Shown in pieces: positions 1-12,336 of a stretch of 64,000 nt of DNA. Source of the DNA: a bacterium (GTDB taxonomy: Bacteria > Oederibacteriota > PGYV01 > Palsa-1178). How positions within the stretch are numbered: position 1 is the first letter of the stretch; every line of letters starts with the position of its first letter. The notes under the pieces were generated by a model, which was not told where the DNA came from, made no database searches, and saw nothing but the letters and a program-made list of their open reading frames with translations. Where the stretch lies: positions 1 to 64,000 of the forward strand of contig JBAXIL010000002.1 of NCBI GenBank assembly GCA_037138355.1, written 5' to 3'. The position numbers and the translations under genes are program-made.

Positions 1-998
<998 letters not shown>

Positions 999-1046
999 GC
1001 TATTATCTTGGCCAAGGCGAAACTCAATTTCTATCTCTCTGATAAT

Positions 1047-1058
1047 TGGTAAAGAACA
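1047..1058 (-). promoter_or_regulatory. boxA-like rRNA antitermination element
   Basis: Minus strand TGTTCTTTACCA resembles the boxA consensus TGCTCTTTAACA and lies about 50 nt upstream of the 16S. Confidence 0.6.
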
Positions 1059-1310
1059 ATTTTTATCTCTACAACAGCCTTAAGCTGCTTTAGAGTGAAT
1101 AATATCCCGTCGATTATAAATCGCGAGTTTTTTTGATTATTTTTATCCGATTATTACTGCGGATTAACTTTTGATTTTCTTTGTTCTAAAAACCTATTTA
1201 CTTTACTATAAGTTTTCTAAAACTTCAAAAAATACAAAAAAAACTATATTTAGCTTTTTACTATAAAAGAACCTCTGGTTAACTTTTTTGTCGTTCTTAA
1301 CCGTGAAGAC

Positions 1311-1339
1311 ACTTTACCAAATCTGCAAGAATGTGTCAA
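1311..1339 (-). promoter_or_regulatory. sigma70-type rRNA promoter (proximal)
   Basis: TTGACA-17 nt-TAAAGT with an extended -10 TG. Confidence 0.75.
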
Positions 1340-1421
1340 GCAAAATTACAGTTAATTATGTATTATTTTTGCCTTAATTTATCGCTTCTTTAAGCCATAT
1401 TTCATTAGCTTTTCAGTCAAT

Positions 1422-1473
1422 AAAAAAATCCGTGTGACGCAAACTCTTAAAGTTTACATTGCGTTTTCACGGA
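1422..1473 (-). terminator. Intrinsic terminator-like hairpin between the two promoters upstream of the 16S
   Basis: Minus strand TCCGTG..ACGCAA / TTGCGT..CACGGA stem followed by TTTTTTT. Confidence 0.7.
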
Positions 1474-1563
1474 AGCTTTTCTTTTTTGCATTTTGTATCG
1501 CGTATCTTAGATTCGCTTTTCTTTTTAAGAGCATTTCGATTTTTCTTTATCGAGTGTGAAAAG

Positions 1564-1591
1564 ATTATAACAAAAAAACAAAATGTGTCAA
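1564..1591 (-). promoter_or_regulatory. Consensus sigma70 promoter (distal, rrn P1-like)
   Basis: TTGACA-16 nt-TATAAT with an AT-rich UP-like region upstream. Confidence 0.8.
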
Positions 1592-1650
1592 CAACTAAAT
1601 ACAATTATTTTAATATTTCTTTTGTCTAATTTATTTAATATTAATAGTGC

Positions 1651-2943
1651 TTACTTTGCCCTTCTAAAAAATTCATCTACATATTTTAAATAATATTCCA
1701 CATCAAATATCCCATCTAAATCTTTTGCTGAAAAATGTTTTTTTACATCAGCATCTGCTAATAAAGATGTTATAAAATCAGGCGATTCGCCACGCCAAAC
1801 ACGCATAGCATTTCCCTGCACTATTTCATAAGCTTTCTCTCTCGACATTCCCTTTTGAACTAAAGCCAACAATAAGCGCTGCGAAAATATAGCACCTTTC
1901 AAATAATGTAAATTACGCTTCATATTTGAAGGATATACTTGTAGGCCTTCTAATACCCAATTCATTTTGTTTATTATATAATTCAGAAGAATAAAGCTAT
2001 CAGGGACTATAATTCTTTCAACAGAAGAATGTGATATATCGCGCTCGTGCCATAGTGCAATGTTTTCCATAGCGGCAATCGAATTAGAACGAATCACTCT
2101 TGCAAGTCCTGTTACCTGCTCACAGACTACAGGATTTCTTTTGTGAGGCATAGCTGAAGAACCTTTCTGTCCTTTCGCAAAAGGTTCTTCTACTTCAAGT
2201 ATTTCAGTATGCTGTAAGTTTCTAATTTCTGTTGCTATTTTTTCAAGAGATCCTGCAGTAACAGCCATAACACTCATTAAAAATGCATATCTATCTCTTT
2301 GTATTACTTGATTTGCTATTTCTGCTCTTTTTAATTTCAAGAAATCCATTGCTATTTTCTCAACAGCAGGTGGGATGTTTGCATAGTTTCCAACCGCTCC
2401 TGATAATTTACCTACTCTTATATCTTCTTTTGCTGACTTTAATCTTTCAAGATTTCTTTTCATTTCAAAATACCATACAAGTACTTTTAACCCAAATGTT
2501 ATTGGTTCTGCATGGACATTATGCGTGCGACCTATCTGAACTGTGTATTTATACTTAGTTGCAACTTTCTTAAGTGTTTTAATAAACATTTGAGCATCTT
2601 CAATAACAATGTCGCATGCTTTTACCATGCGTATGGCAAAACCTGTATCAACTACATCCGAAGATGTAATGCCCATATGGATATAACGGGATGATGGGCC
2701 TACATGTTTTGCTACTGATTCAGTAAAAGCAATTAAATCATGTCTTGTACGCAGTTCAATTTTATCAATCTGTGCTACATTAAAAGCTGCTTTTTTCCTT
2801 ATTATAGCGAGATCTTTTTTTGGAATTTTTCCCTTTTTTCCCCATGCCTCACAGACTGCAACTTCGACATCAAGCCATGATTGAAACTTAGCTTCTTCTG
2901 TCCACAATGAACCCATTTTTTCGAGTGTATAACGCTTAATCAT
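1651..2943 (-). CDS. purB: Adenylosuccinate lyase
   Basis: GSSAMPHKRNP fumarase-family signature, GRTHNVHAEP, LWHERDISHSSVER. Confidence 0.97.
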   Translation of the reverse strand: MIKRYTLEKMGSLWTEEAKFQSWLDVEVAVCEAWGKKGKIPKKDLAIIRKKAAFNVAQIDKIELRTRHDLIAFTESVAKHVGPSSRYIHMGITSSDVVDTGFAIRMVKACDIVIEDAQMFIKTLKKVATKYKYTVQIGRTHNVHAEPITFGLKVLVWYFEMKRNLERLKSAKEDIRVGKLSGAVGNYANIPPAVEKIAMDFLKLKRAEIANQVIQRDRYAFLMSVMAVTAGSLEKIATEIRNLQHTEILEVEEPFAKGQKGSSAMPHKRNPVVCEQVTGLARVIRSNSIAAMENIALWHERDISHSSVERIIVPDSFILLNYIINKMNWVLEGLQVYPSNMKRNLHYLKGAIFSQRLLLALVQKGMSREKAYEIVQGNAMRVWRGESPDFITSLLADADVKKHFSAKDLDGIFDVEYYLKYVDEFFRRAK

Positions 2944-3028
2944 TTTATTACCTCCAATTAGTCAAATAATATATCGAATAACCGTATTATACAGCATTTT
3001 CAATTTTTTGTCTTTACTTCTTTAAAAC

Positions 3029-3067
3029 AAAAAAAAGGCCAAAAGCATTTTCTGCTTTTGGCCTTTT
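3029..3067 (-). terminator. Intrinsic terminator after asd (end of the ilv-leu-asd operon)
   Basis: GGCCAAAAGCA / TGCTTTTGGCC 11-bp stem; A-run on plus gives a U-tract on minus. Confidence 0.85.
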
Positions 3068-3092
3068 AAAAGCTGCTTCGTATTAAATTATA

Positions 3093-4106
3093 TTATAAAC
3101 CTTCTTTAGCAACAATTTCAGCAATCTGAACGGCGTTTAATGCAGCCCCTTTTCTAATCTGATCTCCAGCGACCCACAGGTTCAAACCTTTATCTATTGA
3201 GAAATCTTCTCTGATTCTGCCTACATAAACATCATCTTTACCAGCTGCGTTAATTGGCATAGGATATTTTTTATTATGAAAATCATCTTCCAATGTTACT
3301 CCGGGTGCCTTCGCAAGCAACTCTCTACATTCTTTCACTGTTAATTTAATCTCAGTTTCAATATTAATAGATTCTGAATGAGCCCTAAGAACTGGAACTC
3401 TAACAGTTGTAGCAGTTATTCTCATTTCAGGAGCATGCATTATTTTATGCGTTTCGTGTACTACTTTCATTTCTTCCTTAGTATATCCATCTTCATAGAA
3501 TACATCTATATGAGGAATTACATTAAAAAGCAATTGATGTGCAAATTTTTCTACTTTTAATGGTTTTCCAGCAGCCCAATCTCTTGCCTGTTGTTCAAGC
3601 TCTGCCATTCCTTTTGCTCCGGCTCCTGATGCTGCCTGATAAGAAGATACTATCAATCTTTTTATTTTTGCTGCATCATGTAGCGGTTTTAATGGAACAA
3701 GTGCAATAATTGTGGTGCAGTTTGGATTAGCAATTACCCCATTGTGCAGCCTGCAATCTTCAGGATTAATTTCTGGTATTACTAAAGGAACTCCTTCATC
3801 CATTCTAAAAGCAGAAGAATTGTCTATCATTAGTGCTTTTGCCTCAAGTATATCCTTTACAAACATCTTAGAAATAGAAGCCCCTGCTGAAGCAAGAACT
3901 ATATCAACACCTTTAAACGAGTTATTATCTAACAACTCAACTTTTAAAGTTCTTCCCTGATACTTCATTTCTTTTCCAACTGAACGCTCTGAAGCAAGAA
4001 GTTTTAGATTTTTTACCGGAAACTTTCTTTGCTCGAGAATATCAAGCATGACTTCTCCAACTGCTCCAGTCGCTCCCATAATTGCAACATTATATTCCTT
4101 CTTCAT
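3093..4106 (-). CDS. asd: Aspartate-semialdehyde dehydrogenase
   Basis: GATGAVG Rossmann motif, IANPNCTT catalytic Cys, [25 protein letters not shown]. Confidence 0.97.
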   Translation of the reverse strand: MKKEYNVAIMGATGAVGEVMLDILEQRKFPVKNLKLLASERSVGKEMKYQGRTLKVELLDNNSFKGVDIVLASAGASISKMFVKDILEAKALMIDNSSAFRMDEGVPLVIPEINPEDCRLHNGVIANPNCTTIIALVPLKPLHDAAKIKRLIVSSYQAASGAGAKGMAELEQQARDWAAGKPLKVEKFAHQLLFNVIPHIDVFYEDGYTKEEMKVVHETHKIMHAPEMRITATTVRVPVLRAHSESINIETEIKLTVKECRELLAKAPGVTLEDDFHNKKYPMPINAAGKDDVYVGRIREDFSIDKGLNLWVAGDQIRKGAALNAVQIAEIVAKEGL

Positions 4107-4147
4107 AAAAATTACTCCTTATCTATATTTTTGATTGCTAATGATAT

Positions 4148-5215
4148 TTATTTTACTAACCCTGCTACAAAATCACCCATTTCCTTTGTTCCCATACCCA
4201 TTCTGCCAGCCGACATAGACTGTATTTTTCCTGACGAAAGTGCAGCAGTTACTGCATCATCAATAGATTTTCCAATTACAGTCTCACCTAAGGTATCCAT
4301 CATCATAGCCGCTGCATTTATCGCTGCCAAAGGATTAATTACATTTTTGCCTGTATATTTAGGAGCTGAACCACCAATAGGTTCAAACATAGAAACACCT
4401 TCAGGATTAATGTTTCCTCCTGCTGCAATTCCCATACCACCTTGTATCATTGCTCCAAGATCAGTTATGATATCACCGAAAAGATTTTCAGTAACAATAA
4501 CATCAAAAAATTCTGGATTTTTTACAAACCACATTGTTGTAGCATCCACATGAGCATAGTCCTGTTTGATATCCTTAAAATCTCTGTCACCCATTTCTTT
4601 ATGTGCTCTTACCCATAAATCACCAGTATGTGTCAAGACATTGCACTTGTGAACAAGTGTCAACATTTTCTTTTTATTGCGCTTGCGGGTAAGTTCATAA
4701 GCATACTTAATACATCTATCCACTTCAAATCTGGAATAAACCATAGTCTGCGTGGCTATTTCATTTGGGGTACCTTTTTTTACTACGCCACCCATTCCTG
4801 TATAAATACCACCAGAGTTTTCTCTGATAACTACAAAATCAATATGTTCTGGACCTTTATCTCTTAATGGGGTTTCCACATTAGGATAAAGCTTAACTGG
4901 TCTTAAATTAATATATTGATCAAGAGCAAAACGCAATTTAAGCAATATACCAAGTTCAAGAATCCCTGGTTTTACATCAGGATGTCCTATGGCTCCGAGA
5001 TAAATGGCATCCACTTTTTTAAATTCTTCTACTGCTGAATCAGGCAACATTTCGCCTGTCTTTAGATATCTTTCTCCTCCGAAATCATAATCCACAAAAT
5101 GCATTGCTACGCCGTGCTTTTGTGCCGCGACTTTTAAAACTTTAATACCTTCTGCTGCTACTTCTGGGCCAGTACCATCTCCGCCCATAACTGCGATGTT
5201 GTAAGTCTTACTCAT
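4148..5215 (-). CDS. leuB: 3-isopropylmalate dehydrogenase
   Basis: [34 protein letters not shown]; lies in the leu operon. Confidence 0.93.
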   Translation of the reverse strand: MSKTYNIAVMGGDGTGPEVAAEGIKVLKVAAQKHGVAMHFVDYDFGGERYLKTGEMLPDSAVEEFKKVDAIYLGAIGHPDVKPGILELGILLKLRFALDQYINLRPVKLYPNVETPLRDKGPEHIDFVVIRENSGGIYTGMGGVVKKGTPNEIATQTMVYSRFEVDRCIKYAYELTRKRNKKKMLTLVHKCNVLTHTGDLWVRAHKEMGDRDFKDIKQDYAHVDATTMWFVKNPEFFDVIVTENLFGDIITDLGAMIQGGMGIAAGGNINPEGVSMFEPIGGSAPKYTGKNVINPLAAINAAAMMMDTLGETVIGKSIDDAVTAALSSGKIQSMSAGRMGMGTKEMGDFVAGLVK

Positions 5216-5307
5216 AAAACCTCCAAGTTTTTAGCCAGTTCAATTTTAGCACAGGGAAAAACACCCACAGCCAAGTAGATTCCAGCTTGATATATTAATA
5301 ATAAAAA

Positions 5308-5805
5308 CTATTTTATATTAAACTTTGCTTTACCGTATGCTATCAAACCACCTGCAGCAACAAGCTCCTGCATGAAGTCTGGAATAGGTTTTACTTTATA
5401 TGTTTCATGCTTAGTATTGTTTTTAATTATGCCATTATCAGCATCAATTTCTACCACATCACCTTCGGCAATTTTAGCAGAAGCTTCTTCTGACTCAAAT
5501 ATTGGAAGACCTATATTAAAAGAGTTTCTATAAAATATTCTCGCAAAATCTTTTGCTATGACACAAGATACTCCAGCTGCTTTAATAGCAACAGGTGCGT
5601 GTTCGCGGGACGAACCACATCCAAAGTTTTTTCCCGCAACCATAATATCACCCTTACCAACTTTATCAGCAAATGTTTTATCAGCGTCTTCCATACAATG
5701 TTTTGCCAGTTCTGCTGGATCTGATGTATTTAAATACCTTGCAGGTATAATTAAATCGGTATCAACATCATTACCGAACTTCCATACTTTACCTGTAAAT
5801 TTCAT
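5308..5805 (-). CDS. leuD: 3-isopropylmalate dehydratase small subunit (short type)
   Basis: [32 protein letters not shown]. Confidence 0.95.
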   Translation of the reverse strand: MKFTGKVWKFGNDVDTDLIIPARYLNTSDPAELAKHCMEDADKTFADKVGKGDIMVAGKNFGCGSSREHAPVAIKAAGVSCVIAKDFARIFYRNSFNIGLPIFESEEASAKIAEGDVVEIDADNGIIKNNTKHETYKVKPIPDFMQELVAAGGLIAYGKAKFNIK

Positions 5806-5909
5806 ATCTTACCTCCATGTTTTTGCCTTCATTGCTTCATCGTTGAGAAACTTGCATCTCTTAATGACAACCCATACAACTAAGAACTGTAAACTTCAAA
5901 CTTTAATAT

Positions 5910-7175
5910 CTATTTTTTAAGATCGTCAGGCGTTCCTATGCGACCTAAAATCGCACTTGCTGCAGCTACTGCTGGACTTGACAAATATACTGACGATTCC
6001 GTATGTCCCATTCTGCCTACAAAATTTCTGTTTGTCGTGGATATTGCTACTTCACCTTTGGCAAGTATTCCCATATGCCCGCCCAAACAAGGTCCACATG
6101 TAGGCATAGAAAATACTGCTCCTGATTTCATAAATATCTCAACTAACCCTTCTTTAATGGCCTGTGTGTAAATATCTCTTGTTCCAGGAAAAATCAAACA
6201 ACGAACTCTGGAATTCACTTTTTTTCCTTTTAATATTTTTGCAGTAATTCTTAAATCTTCCATTCTTCCATTTGTACATGAACCTATTACTGACTGATCG
6301 ATTGACACTTTACCAAGCTTAGATACTGCCTTCGTATTTTCTGGTAAGCTCGGACATGAAACAATTGGTTCTATTTTCGAACAATCATATTCAATTACTT
6401 TTTCATACTTTGCATCCTTATCGCTGGTATAAACTTTCCATTTATGTTCAGCGCGTGACTTTACATAGTCCATAGTTGTTTTGTCAGGATTCATAAGCCC
6501 AACTTTTCCACCAGCTTCTATTGCCATGTTTGACATAGTGAGTCTGGCATCCATAGACATCTTATCTATTACTGGTCCTGTAAACTCCATTGCTTTGTAT
6601 AAAGCACCATCTACTCCAATATCTCCTATAGTATAAAGAATAAGATCTTTTGAACTTACCCACTTATTCAGTTTTCCTTTATATACAAACTTAATTGAAG
6701 TTGGAACTTTGAACCATGCCTTGCCTGTCATCATAGCAAAAGCTGCATCAGTAGAACCTACTCCTGTAGCAAATGCACCCAATGCACCATAAGTACAAGT
6801 ATGTGAATCGGCTCCAATTACTAAATCTCCTGGGACTACAACTCCTTTTTCAGGAAGTAATGCATGCTCTATACCAACTTCACCTTGATCATAATAGTGT
6901 GTTAATTTTTGTTCGTGTGCAAAATCACGGAGTATCTTTGCCTGCTCTGCTGATTTAATATCTTTATTTGGTGTAAAATGATCTGGCACAAGAGCCACTT
7001 TGGTTTTATCCCAAACTTTTGTCGCTCCTGATGATTTAAACTCTCTAATAGCAATTGGTGCAGTTATATCATTCGCCAAAACCATATCTACATTGGCTAT
7101 AATAAGTTCACCAGGTTCAACCTGTTTTCTTCCACTTTTAGCTGCCAAAATCTTTTCGGCTATATTCATACCCAA
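5910..7175 (-). CDS. leuC: 3-isopropylmalate dehydratase large subunit (short type)
   Basis: [26 protein letters not shown] Fe-S ligands, STTNRNF. Confidence 0.95.
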   Translation of the reverse strand: MGMNIAEKILAAKSGRKQVEPGELIIANVDMVLANDITAPIAIREFKSSGATKVWDKTKVALVPDHFTPNKDIKSAEQAKILRDFAHEQKLTHYYDQGEVGIEHALLPEKGVVVPGDLVIGADSHTCTYGALGAFATGVGSTDAAFAMMTGKAWFKVPTSIKFVYKGKLNKWVSSKDLILYTIGDIGVDGALYKAMEFTGPVIDKMSMDARLTMSNMAIEAGGKVGLMNPDKTTMDYVKSRAEHKWKVYTSDKDAKYEKVIEYDCSKIEPIVSCPSLPENTKAVSKLGKVSIDQSVIGSCTNGRMEDLRITAKILKGKKVNSRVRCLIFPGTRDIYTQAIKEGLVEIFMKSGAVFSMPTCGPCLGGHMGILAKGEVAISTTNRNFVGRMGHTESSVYLSSPAVAAASAILGRIGTPDDLKK

Positions 7176-7199
7176 GATAAAACCTCCATAAAATTAAAG

Positions 7200-8720
7200 T
7201 TATTTCTTTTCCATTGCCTCAAACTTTCCAATTGCATTTAAGTAAGCCTTCGCACTTGCTTCAATAATGTCTGTCGAAACTCCGCGTGCAGTTATTTCTT
7301 TATTTCCTTTTTTAACTCTTATGGTCACTTCCCCCTGCGCTTCTTCACCTTTGGTAATCGACTTTATCTGATAATCTACAAGCTTAAGGTCGGCTTTTAC
7401 AATAGCATTAATTGCTTTGTATGTTGCATCCACTGGACCATCACCAGTAGAGGCCTGAGTATATGTCTTTTCTGCTTTGATTATCTCTACAGTTGCAGTT
7501 GGTATTATTTTATTTCCAGTAGCTGAATAAATTGATTTGAGCTGATAAGTATCCTTACCTTTTCTGCCCTCGCCTTCCATCATAGCTATTAAATCTTCAT
7601 CAAATACTTCTTTCTTTTTATCAGCAATCTGAAGGAATTTCGGATAAATAACGCCCGTCATTTCAGCATCTGTTACTTTAAATCCAAGATCCGCTAATCT
7701 ATGTGTTATCGCATGTCTTCCAGAACGACTGGTTAATATCAACTCATGACCTGGTATGCCTATTGACTTCGGCGTCATAATTCCAAAAGTCGATTCGTCT
7801 TTTAATATAGCATCCTGATGTATTCCTGAAGCATGAGCAAAAGCATTTGCGCCCACGACAGATTTATTTGCCTGCACTGACATACCCGTCAAGCGCGAAA
7901 CCATTTTTGAAGTTTTATAAATTTCTTCTGTTTTTATATTTGTATCAAATCCATAAACATCTATTCTGGTTTTCAAGGACATAACTATTTCTTCCAAAGC
8001 CGCATTTCCTGCTCTCTCTCCCAAACCATTTATAGTACATTCTATCTGCCTCGCCCCATTTTTAACAGCGGCAAGAGAATTAGCTGTTGCCATACCCAAA
8101 TCATTATGACAATGAACCGCTATCACTGCTTTGTTTATATTTGGAACAGTATTCTTAAGTCTTTTTATTAAATCCCCAAACTCTTCTGGAGTTGTATAAC
8201 CAACAGAATCAGGTATATCTACAGTTGTTGCTCCAGCCTTTATGGTTTCTTCAATAACTCTGCAAAGATAATCGAAACCAGTACGCGTAGCATCCATAGC
8301 AGAAAACTCTACATCATCACAAAAAGTTCTTGCATATTTGACGGCTTCAACTGCACGCCTTAATACTTCTTCGTTTGTAGTTCTTGTAATAAACTTTACA
8401 TGTTGTGGAGAAGTTCCAATAAAAGTATGAATTCTTGGTCTTTTGGCAGGTTTTAATGCAATAACACAAGCATCTATATCTTTTTTAATGGCTCTACACA
8501 AAGCAGCTATAATAGGTTTTTTTACAGCTCTGGAAATTTCCTGAACTGATTCCAAATCACCTGGCGAAGATGCAGGAAAGCCACCTTCTATCATATCTAC
8601 ATTTAAACATTCCAACTGTTTAGCAATTTCAAGCTTCTCAGCTTTAGTAAGTGAAGCGCCAGGAACCTGCTCTCCATCTCTCAAAGTAGTGTCAAAAATA
8701 AATATCTTTTCATTTTTCAT
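7200..8720 (-). CDS. leuA: 2-isopropylmalate synthase
   Basis: DTTLRDGEQ, HCHNDLG, GERAGN, AHASGIHQD; C-terminal regulatory domain (GDGPVDA). Confidence 0.95.
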   Translation of the reverse strand: MKNEKIFIFDTTLRDGEQVPGASLTKAEKLEIAKQLECLNVDMIEGGFPASSPGDLESVQEISRAVKKPIIAALCRAIKKDIDACVIALKPAKRPRIHTFIGTSPQHVKFITRTTNEEVLRRAVEAVKYARTFCDDVEFSAMDATRTGFDYLCRVIEETIKAGATTVDIPDSVGYTTPEEFGDLIKRLKNTVPNINKAVIAVHCHNDLGMATANSLAAVKNGARQIECTINGLGERAGNAALEEIVMSLKTRIDVYGFDTNIKTEEIYKTSKMVSRLTGMSVQANKSVVGANAFAHASGIHQDAILKDESTFGIMTPKSIGIPGHELILTSRSGRHAITHRLADLGFKVTDAEMTGVIYPKFLQIADKKKEVFDEDLIAMMEGEGRKGKDTYQLKSIYSATGNKIIPTATVEIIKAEKTYTQASTGDGPVDATYKAINAIVKADLKLVDYQIKSITKGEEAQGEVTIRVKKGNKEITARGVSTDIIEASAKAYLNAIGKFEAMEKK

Positions 8721-8856
8721 AAGTCACCGCCTTCGATATCACTTCTAATTCCTACATTGTTGTAATGGCTGGACTTTACTAACCAAGTCGAGCCACTACA
8801 AAAAGTAGGTCTCAGGACCCGGGTTTCCCCGGATCCTGATTCCACATATTAATTAC

Positions 8857-9927
8857 TTATTTCTTTTTTCCTTTTTTTGCAACTTTCTTTGCTGTCTTTA
8901 CTTTTGCTGGAGCTACTTTTACATCTGCTTCTTTTTTCTCATTTAACCAAGGCATCATCTTGCGTAAAGCTTTGCCTGTTACTTCTATCGGGTGATTTAA
9001 ATCAGCCCTCAAAAGTGCGTTAAACTTAGGTTTATTTGCCTGATTTTCAAGTATCCATTCTGTAGCAAATGTTCCATCCTGAATTTCAGTTAAAATCTTT
9101 TTCATTTCTTTTTTTGTTTCTGCTGTAACGAGTCTTGGTCCGCGTGTTACATCTCCGTATTTTGCTGTATCTGAAACAGAGAAACGCATTCCAGCAATAC
9201 CATTCTCATACATTAAATCAACAATGAGCTTGAGCTCATGAAGAACTTCAAAATAAGCCATTTCTGGTTGATAACCTGCTTCTACGAGAGTTTCAAAACC
9301 GGCTTTTACAAGTGCGCTTGTTCCGCCGCAAAGTACTGCCTGCTCTCCAAAAAGATCTGTTTCTGTTTCTTCAACAAATGTTGTTTCGATAATTCCCATT
9401 TTACCTGCGCCCATTCCTTTAGCATATGCGAGCGCAATATCTTTTGCTTTGCCTGAAGCATCTTGATGAACTGCTATCAATGATGGTACTCCTCTGCCCT
9501 GTTCAAACTGTCTACGAACCATATGTCCTGGACCTTTAGGAGCAATCATTATTACATCCACATCCTTAGGCGGAACTATCTGTCCATAATGAATGTTAAA
9601 ACCGTGCGCAAAAGCTAATGTCTTTCCTTTCTTCATGCTATCTTTTACATAATTTTTGTAAATGATTGCCTGAAGTGCATCTGGAACAAGCATCATAACA
9701 ATATCTGCTTCCTCCGCAACTTCTTTTGCTGTAAAAACTTTAAATCCTGCTGCGACTGCATTTTCATAGTTCTTAGTACCTTCAAGTTCACTTACAATAA
9801 CTTCTACTCCTGAATCCCTCAAATTCTGTGAGTGCGCGTGCCCTTGCGAACCAAAACCGATGATACCAACTTTCTTTCCTTTCAATACTGCCAAATTCGC
9901 GTCCTTGTCGTAATAAATCTTAATCAT
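8857..9927 (-). CDS. ilvC: Ketol-acid reductoisomerase with a Lys/Ala-rich C-terminal tail
   Basis: [39 protein letters not shown]. Confidence 0.97.
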   Translation of the reverse strand: MIKIYYDKDANLAVLKGKKVGIIGFGSQGHAHSQNLRDSGVEVIVSELEGTKNYENAVAAGFKVFTAKEVAEEADIVMMLVPDALQAIIYKNYVKDSMKKGKTLAFAHGFNIHYGQIVPPKDVDVIMIAPKGPGHMVRRQFEQGRGVPSLIAVHQDASGKAKDIALAYAKGMGAGKMGIIETTFVEETETDLFGEQAVLCGGTSALVKAGFETLVEAGYQPEMAYFEVLHELKLIVDLMYENGIAGMRFSVSDTAKYGDVTRGPRLVTAETKKEMKKILTEIQDGTFATEWILENQANKPKFNALLRADLNHPIEVTGKALRKMMPWLNEKKEADVKVAPAKVKTAKKVAKKGKKK

Positions 9928-10442
9928 TTACTTTCTCCTTTCAAATCAAGTTTTTTAGTTTTCTTTGCCCGTGTAAGGGCGATTGTTCCTGTTCTAACCA
10001 TTTCTTTGATACCAAAACTTTCAGCCATATCTACAAAACCACTAATTTTTTCGTCGTTTCCTGTTACTTCGATAGTAAATGTTTCATTAGAAACATCTAA
10101 TACCTTTGCTCTAAAAAGATTAACAACTGTCATCAATTCTTCCTTGGTCCTGCCAGCCACATTTATTTTAACAAGTGCAAGTTCTCTTTCTATACATTTT
10201 TCCTCTGACATATCCACAACTTTAATAACATCTATAAGCTTATTTAATTGCTTAATAATTTGTTCAAGTACTAATTCGTCTCCGCGAGCCACTATGGTCA
10301 TTCTCGACATGGTCTCATCTTCTGTTTCCCCAACAGCTAAGCTTATAATATTAAAAGCTCTTCCAGAAAATAATCCCGCAACTCTTGCCAGAACTCCTGG
10401 CTGATTTTCTACAGTCACTGCTATTATCTTTGTCTGTTCCAT
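9924..10442 (-). CDS. ilvN: Acetolactate synthase small (regulatory) subunit
   Basis: ACT domain [37 protein letters not shown]. Confidence 0.96.
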   Translation of the reverse strand: MEQTKIIAVTVENQPGVLARVAGLFSGRAFNIISLAVGETEDETMSRMTIVARGDELVLEQIIKQLNKLIDVIKVVDMSEEKCIERELALVKINVAGRTKEELMTVVNLFRAKVLDVSNETFTIEVTGNDEKISGFVDMAESFGIKEMVRTGTIALTRAKKTKKLDLKGESK

Positions 10443-10511
10443 AAGAATCTCCTTTAAAACAAGTTTTGAGTTTCAAGTTTTAAGTTTCAAGATTTATTTA
10501 TCTCAAAACTT

Positions 10512-10609
10512 CAAACTGCTTTTATCTTCAAACTGCTTTTATCTTAAAACTACTTTTATCTTAAAACTACTTTTATCTTAAAACTGCCTTTATCTTAAAA
10601 CTGCTTTTA
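10512..10609. repeat. 17-bp tandem repeat, about 5.8 copies, unit (A/C)AAACT(G/A)CTTTTATCTT
   Basis: Units start at 10512, 10529, 10546, 10563, 10580 and 10597; the last overlaps the ilvB stop codon. Confidence 0.95.
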
Positions 10610-12283
10610 AGCCAAACCACCATCTATCATTGAATGCAAGGCGGCACCTGTCGGAACCATAGGCCAAACATTTTCTTCTCTTGATGTAATAAAATCCATT
10701 ATTACCAAACCCTTATGAGCAAAAGCTTCTTTCAAGGTTTTTTCAACATCAGCTTTTTTCGTTATTCTAAATCCTTTTGCCCCATACGCTTCTGCAAGTT
10801 TTACAAAATCAACACTGTTTTCAATAAGTGTTGAAGAGTAGCGTTTCTCAAAAAATAATTCCTGCCACTGTCTCACCATACCAAGCCAACCATTATTTAA
10901 AATAACTATTTTTACAGGATAATTATATTTAACTGCTGTAGCCAGTTCTTGTATATTCATTTGTATGGAACCATCTCCAGCAATATCAATAACCAGCTTG
11001 CCAGGATTTCCGGCTTGCGCGCCTATGGCTGCAGGTAAACCATAACCCATAGTTCCCAATCCACCTGAAGTCAAAAATGTTCTCGGTTTCTTAAACTTCG
11101 AAAACTGAGCCGCCCACATTTGATGTTGTCCCACTTCAGTCGTGATTATCGCTTCACCTTTAGTGAGCTCGGCTATTTTTTCTATAACAAACTGTGGTTT
11201 TATTTCAGTATCAGAATCTTTGTAAGTTAGCGGAAACTCTTTTGCCCAATCGGTTGTCTGCTTTACCCAAGACTTGTGCTCTAATTTTTTTATCTGAGTA
11301 GTCATCTCTTTTAAGATATTCTTTGCATCACCCACAACAGGTAAATCTACTCTTATTATTTTAGATATAGAAGTAGGATCTATATCTATGTGCAATATTT
11401 TTGCATGTGGAGCAAAATCAGCAACTTTACCAGTCACCCTGTCATCAAAACGCGCGCCCACCGCTATCAATAAATCAGCTTCCTGAACTGCGTAATTTGC
11501 ACAACGAGTACCATGCATGCCCAACATTCCCATATTTAATTTATGTACAGTAGGAAAAGCATCCATAGCCATTAAAGTTGTAGTAACAGGAATCTCTGTC
11601 TTCTCAGCAAATTTTAACAGTTCTTCTGTGGCGCCAGATAATACAACCCCACCACCTACATACAAGACAGGTCTTTCGGCTTTTTCTACCATATTTACAG
11701 CTTTTTTTATCTGAAGTTTATTTCCTTCGTAAGTCGGCTTATATCCACGCAAATTTGGTTCTGTAGGATATGTTGTAAAATCCATAATTCCCGTCAAAAT
11801 ATCTTTTGGAAGATCAACTAAAACTGGACCTGGCTTACCAGTGGACGCTATGTGAAAAGCATTTTTTATTGTCTGAGCCAATTCTTTAATATCCTTCACT
11901 ATATAATTATGTTTTACTATAGGTCTTGTTATACCTGTAATATCAGCTTCCTGAAAAGCATCATTTCCAATAAGAGAAGTTGCCACCTGTCCTGTTAAAG
12001 CCACCATAGGAATAGAATCCATGTAAGCAGTCGCTATACCAGTCACCAAATTTGTAGCTCCAGGTCCTGAAGTTGCCAAACATACTCCCACCTTGCCTGT
12101 AGAACGCGCATAACCATCAGCCATGTGTGCTGCACCTTGCTCATGCCTTACAAGAATTAAATCAATTGCCTTTTCAGAATATAAAGCATCAAAAAGTGGA
12201 AGAACAACTCCGCCTGGATATCCAAATATAGTATCCACGCCTTCCTTTTTTAAACACTCAAGTAATATTTGTGAGCCATTCAT
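10607..12283 (-). CDS. ilvB: Acetolactate synthase large subunit (biosynthetic)
   Basis: [23 protein letters not shown]-binding [12 protein letters not shown]...NN. Confidence 0.97.
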   Translation of the reverse strand: MNGSQILLECLKKEGVDTIFGYPGGVVLPLFDALYSEKAIDLILVRHEQGAAHMADGYARSTGKVGVCLATSGPGATNLVTGIATAYMDSIPMVALTGQVATSLIGNDAFQEADITGITRPIVKHNYIVKDIKELAQTIKNAFHIASTGKPGPVLVDLPKDILTGIMDFTTYPTEPNLRGYKPTYEGNKLQIKKAVNMVEKAERPVLYVGGGVVLSGATEELLKFAEKTEIPVTTTLMAMDAFPTVHKLNMGMLGMHGTRCANYAVQEADLLIAVGARFDDRVTGKVADFAPHAKILHIDIDPTSISKIIRVDLPVVGDAKNILKEMTTQIKKLEHKSWVKQTTDWAKEFPLTYKDSDTEIKPQFVIEKIAELTKGEAIITTEVGQHQMWAAQFSKFKKPRTFLTSGGLGTMGYGLPAAIGAQAGNPGKLVIDIAGDGSIQMNIQELATAVKYNYPVKIVILNNGWLGMVRQWQELFFEKRYSSTLIENSVDFVKLAEAYGAKGFRITKKADVEKTLKEAFAHKGLVIMDFITSREENVWPMVPTGAALHSMIDGGLA

Positions 12284-12336
12284 ATAATTCTCCTTTAATT
12301 TTAATTTAAAATATTTATTCGCAATTAAAACTGCGA

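Noticed and set aside
5828..5872. GTCATT..GAG...GAAGCAAT resemblance to a dispersed palindromic repeat in the leuC-leuD spacer
   Set aside because: Single degenerate copy in the window; cannot be supported without a genome-wide search.
10512..10609. Possible CRISPR array
   Set aside because: Units are contiguous 17-mers with no unique spacers, and no cas genes are present.
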